A stretch of DNA of 64,000 bases from Podarcis pityusensis. Taxonomy: Eukaryota. The translations under genes and the position numbers were made by a program. The notes beneath the pieces were generated by a model. It was given only the letters and a program-made list of their open reading frames with translations. It made no database searches and was not told where the DNA came from. Below are positions 62,403 through 64,000 of this stretch, piece by piece. The first letter of the stretch is position 1. Each line of letters starts with the position of its first letter. The stretch is taken from NCBI GenBank assembly GCA_964106645.2, contig OZ067039.1; one strand, given 5' to 3'.

Positions 62403-62999
62403 CTCTATATAAAAAACTTTCCAGCCACAGTTTAAGGCCAAAGACTTGACAATTGCATTGCCAGAAGTTACCCTTAAACAGAACAACTTTCAGGTTTGGG
62501 AGCGATTCCAACAGAAGTCTGTCTACTTTCTGAAGTTTATTATGTTTCATAGACAATAAAGTTATGTTCCCTGTATTTTTTCCCAGAGTTCCGGGCATAC
62601 TTAATATATTGTTGGAGGATAAATCCAGCTCTTTTAGGCGAGAAAGCGAACTAAAAGTTTTGTTGTCTACATATTCAATGAAGTTCTTTGTTAGGTTTAG
62701 TATCTGTAGATGTTGCAGTTCTTTGAATGTGCCAGGCAACAGACCCGTGATAGAGTTATTAGATAAATCCAGGATTTTGAGGGCCAGAGTGTCAACAAAA
62801 GCACTTTGACTGATTTTCTGAATGCGATTATTTGACAACAGCAATATTTGAGTTTCAGCAGGTAAGTGTGAAGGAACTTCAACAAGCCCTCGATTCCTGC
62901 AGTCCACTGTCTTTAAAAAGCGATTACACAGACATTTTGGAGGACAGCCACTCAGCACATCTGTTAGCAAGATGACACTTGAAATCAAAAGCAATGAAC
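62403..62999 (-). CDS. LRTM1: LRTM1 exon 2 (signal peptide, LRRNT, LRR repeats, start of LRRCT; 597 nt, phase 1/1)
   Basis: Minus-strand ttattgcatag|GT TCA TTG...AGA G|gtaagt; hydrophobic LLLISSVILL, CPPKCLC LRRNT, LxxLxLxxN repeats, NFWQCNC...LKLWLE; joins the 57696 exon in frame. Confidence 0.95.
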
Positions 63000-63666
63000 C
63001 TATGCAATAAGAAAAGAAGTATCAGTGTTACATTCTGCATCTTGTGATGGCAGTTAGTGTATTGAAGATATGTACAGAGTAAGTTTGCATATTTGAATAG
63101 CAGGATGAACTGTAGTTATAGTCATAAAATCCTCATGTCATGCATATCAGCAATTTTCTCAAATATACAGTATCTAAATGAACCAAGTTTCCATGGGTTG
63201 TTGCCAATGCTAGTCCTACTCAAAGTACACCAATTGAAATTAATGACCATGGATAGTTTAGATCCATTAAATTCAAAGGGTTAGCTCAAAGCTTTGTTGG
63301 GGAGAATCCTAAAACTTTATCAGAAGTGCAAATGTGCCCTATGAATTTTACACCCAGCATAGTAAATGAATTCCACTGACAGCATGGAGGGCTAGAAAAC
63401 ATTCAGCAGACTATTTTCAGTGGAGCGTAATTGTAATTTTATTTTTATCAGTATTAATGGTTTGGTCAAGCCTCATAATAAAACAGCAGGTCCAACTGCT
63501 GCTTAAGGAATTTTTCATCCATGTTACTTATTCACTGATGAGCCTCGCATTGGCTGCTCCCTGGGAGACACTAAGACCATGGTTAAGAAAAACACTTAAA
63601 CCAGTGGTTAACTTTAAGACTATGAGTGACCTCGTTTACTTCAGCAAGTCTTTCTCAGCTTCTTAC

Positions 63667-63676
63667 ATTTCGTCAT
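63667..63676 (-). CDS. LRTM1: Candidate LRTM1 first coding exon (ATG ACG AAA T; 10 coding nt)
   Basis: Minus strand reads gatcacATGACGAAAT|gtaaga. The phase-1 donor matches exon 2 and gives MTKCSLLLISSV...; total CDS 1044 nt = 347 aa plus stop. Confidence 0.6.
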
Positions 63677-64000
63677 GTGATCTGTAGTCACCCTGATCTA
63701 CAGCATTCTTAACCGTTTAGAAACTTTCCAGCCTTCTAGAGCTTCCTTGTTAAGTTCTATGAATTCCTTTCCAGTGGCTCCCCAGCTTGCACATTGAAAT
63801 GAATGAGATAGCCAACATGCATTAGCGATCTAGACAATATGCACATTTGAGTGAACTGAGTCCGGTGTGTTGAGCAAGCGTCTGGGATGCTTTTCTGGAT
63901 CAAACATCAAAAAAAACAACAACAAAAAAAACCAGAGGGTTGTATCCAATGGTAGTCCTATTCTCAACAGATCCATGCAAGTGAATAGACCCGACTAAGT

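Overview
Vertebrate genomic DNA, most likely a squamate lizard and probably a lacertid. That assignment is inferred from the Sauria SINE, squamate-type L1/L2/CR1 LINEs and MITEs. The whole window lies inside CACNA2D3 (voltage-gated calcium channel alpha2delta-3 subunit, + strand). Thirteen consecutive internal coding exons between 8332 and 47554 (1051 nt) all have AG/GT boundaries and splice into one open frame, LADDQGLVLM...RKSPVVA. From my recall of the human gene structure these are about exons 15-27. The intron after the last exon holds the nested antisense gene LRTM1 (- strand): two large coding exons plus a candidate 10-nt first coding exon, giving about 347 aa. The rest is intron with many transposon relics, microsatellites and several repeat-free blocks that look like conserved non-coding elements. 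The relics include a young 5'-truncated L1 with a 14-bp TSD, L2 and CR1 fragments, a Sauria SINE, hAT and Tc1/mariner MITEs with intact TSDs, and a solo LTR. I found no convincing new biological system. The most useful leads are the LRTM1 micro-exon, a sense-oriented solo LTR poly(A) signal inside LRTM1, a candidate poison exon in CACNA2D3, and candidate enhancers. Most ORFs in the supplied track are spurious.
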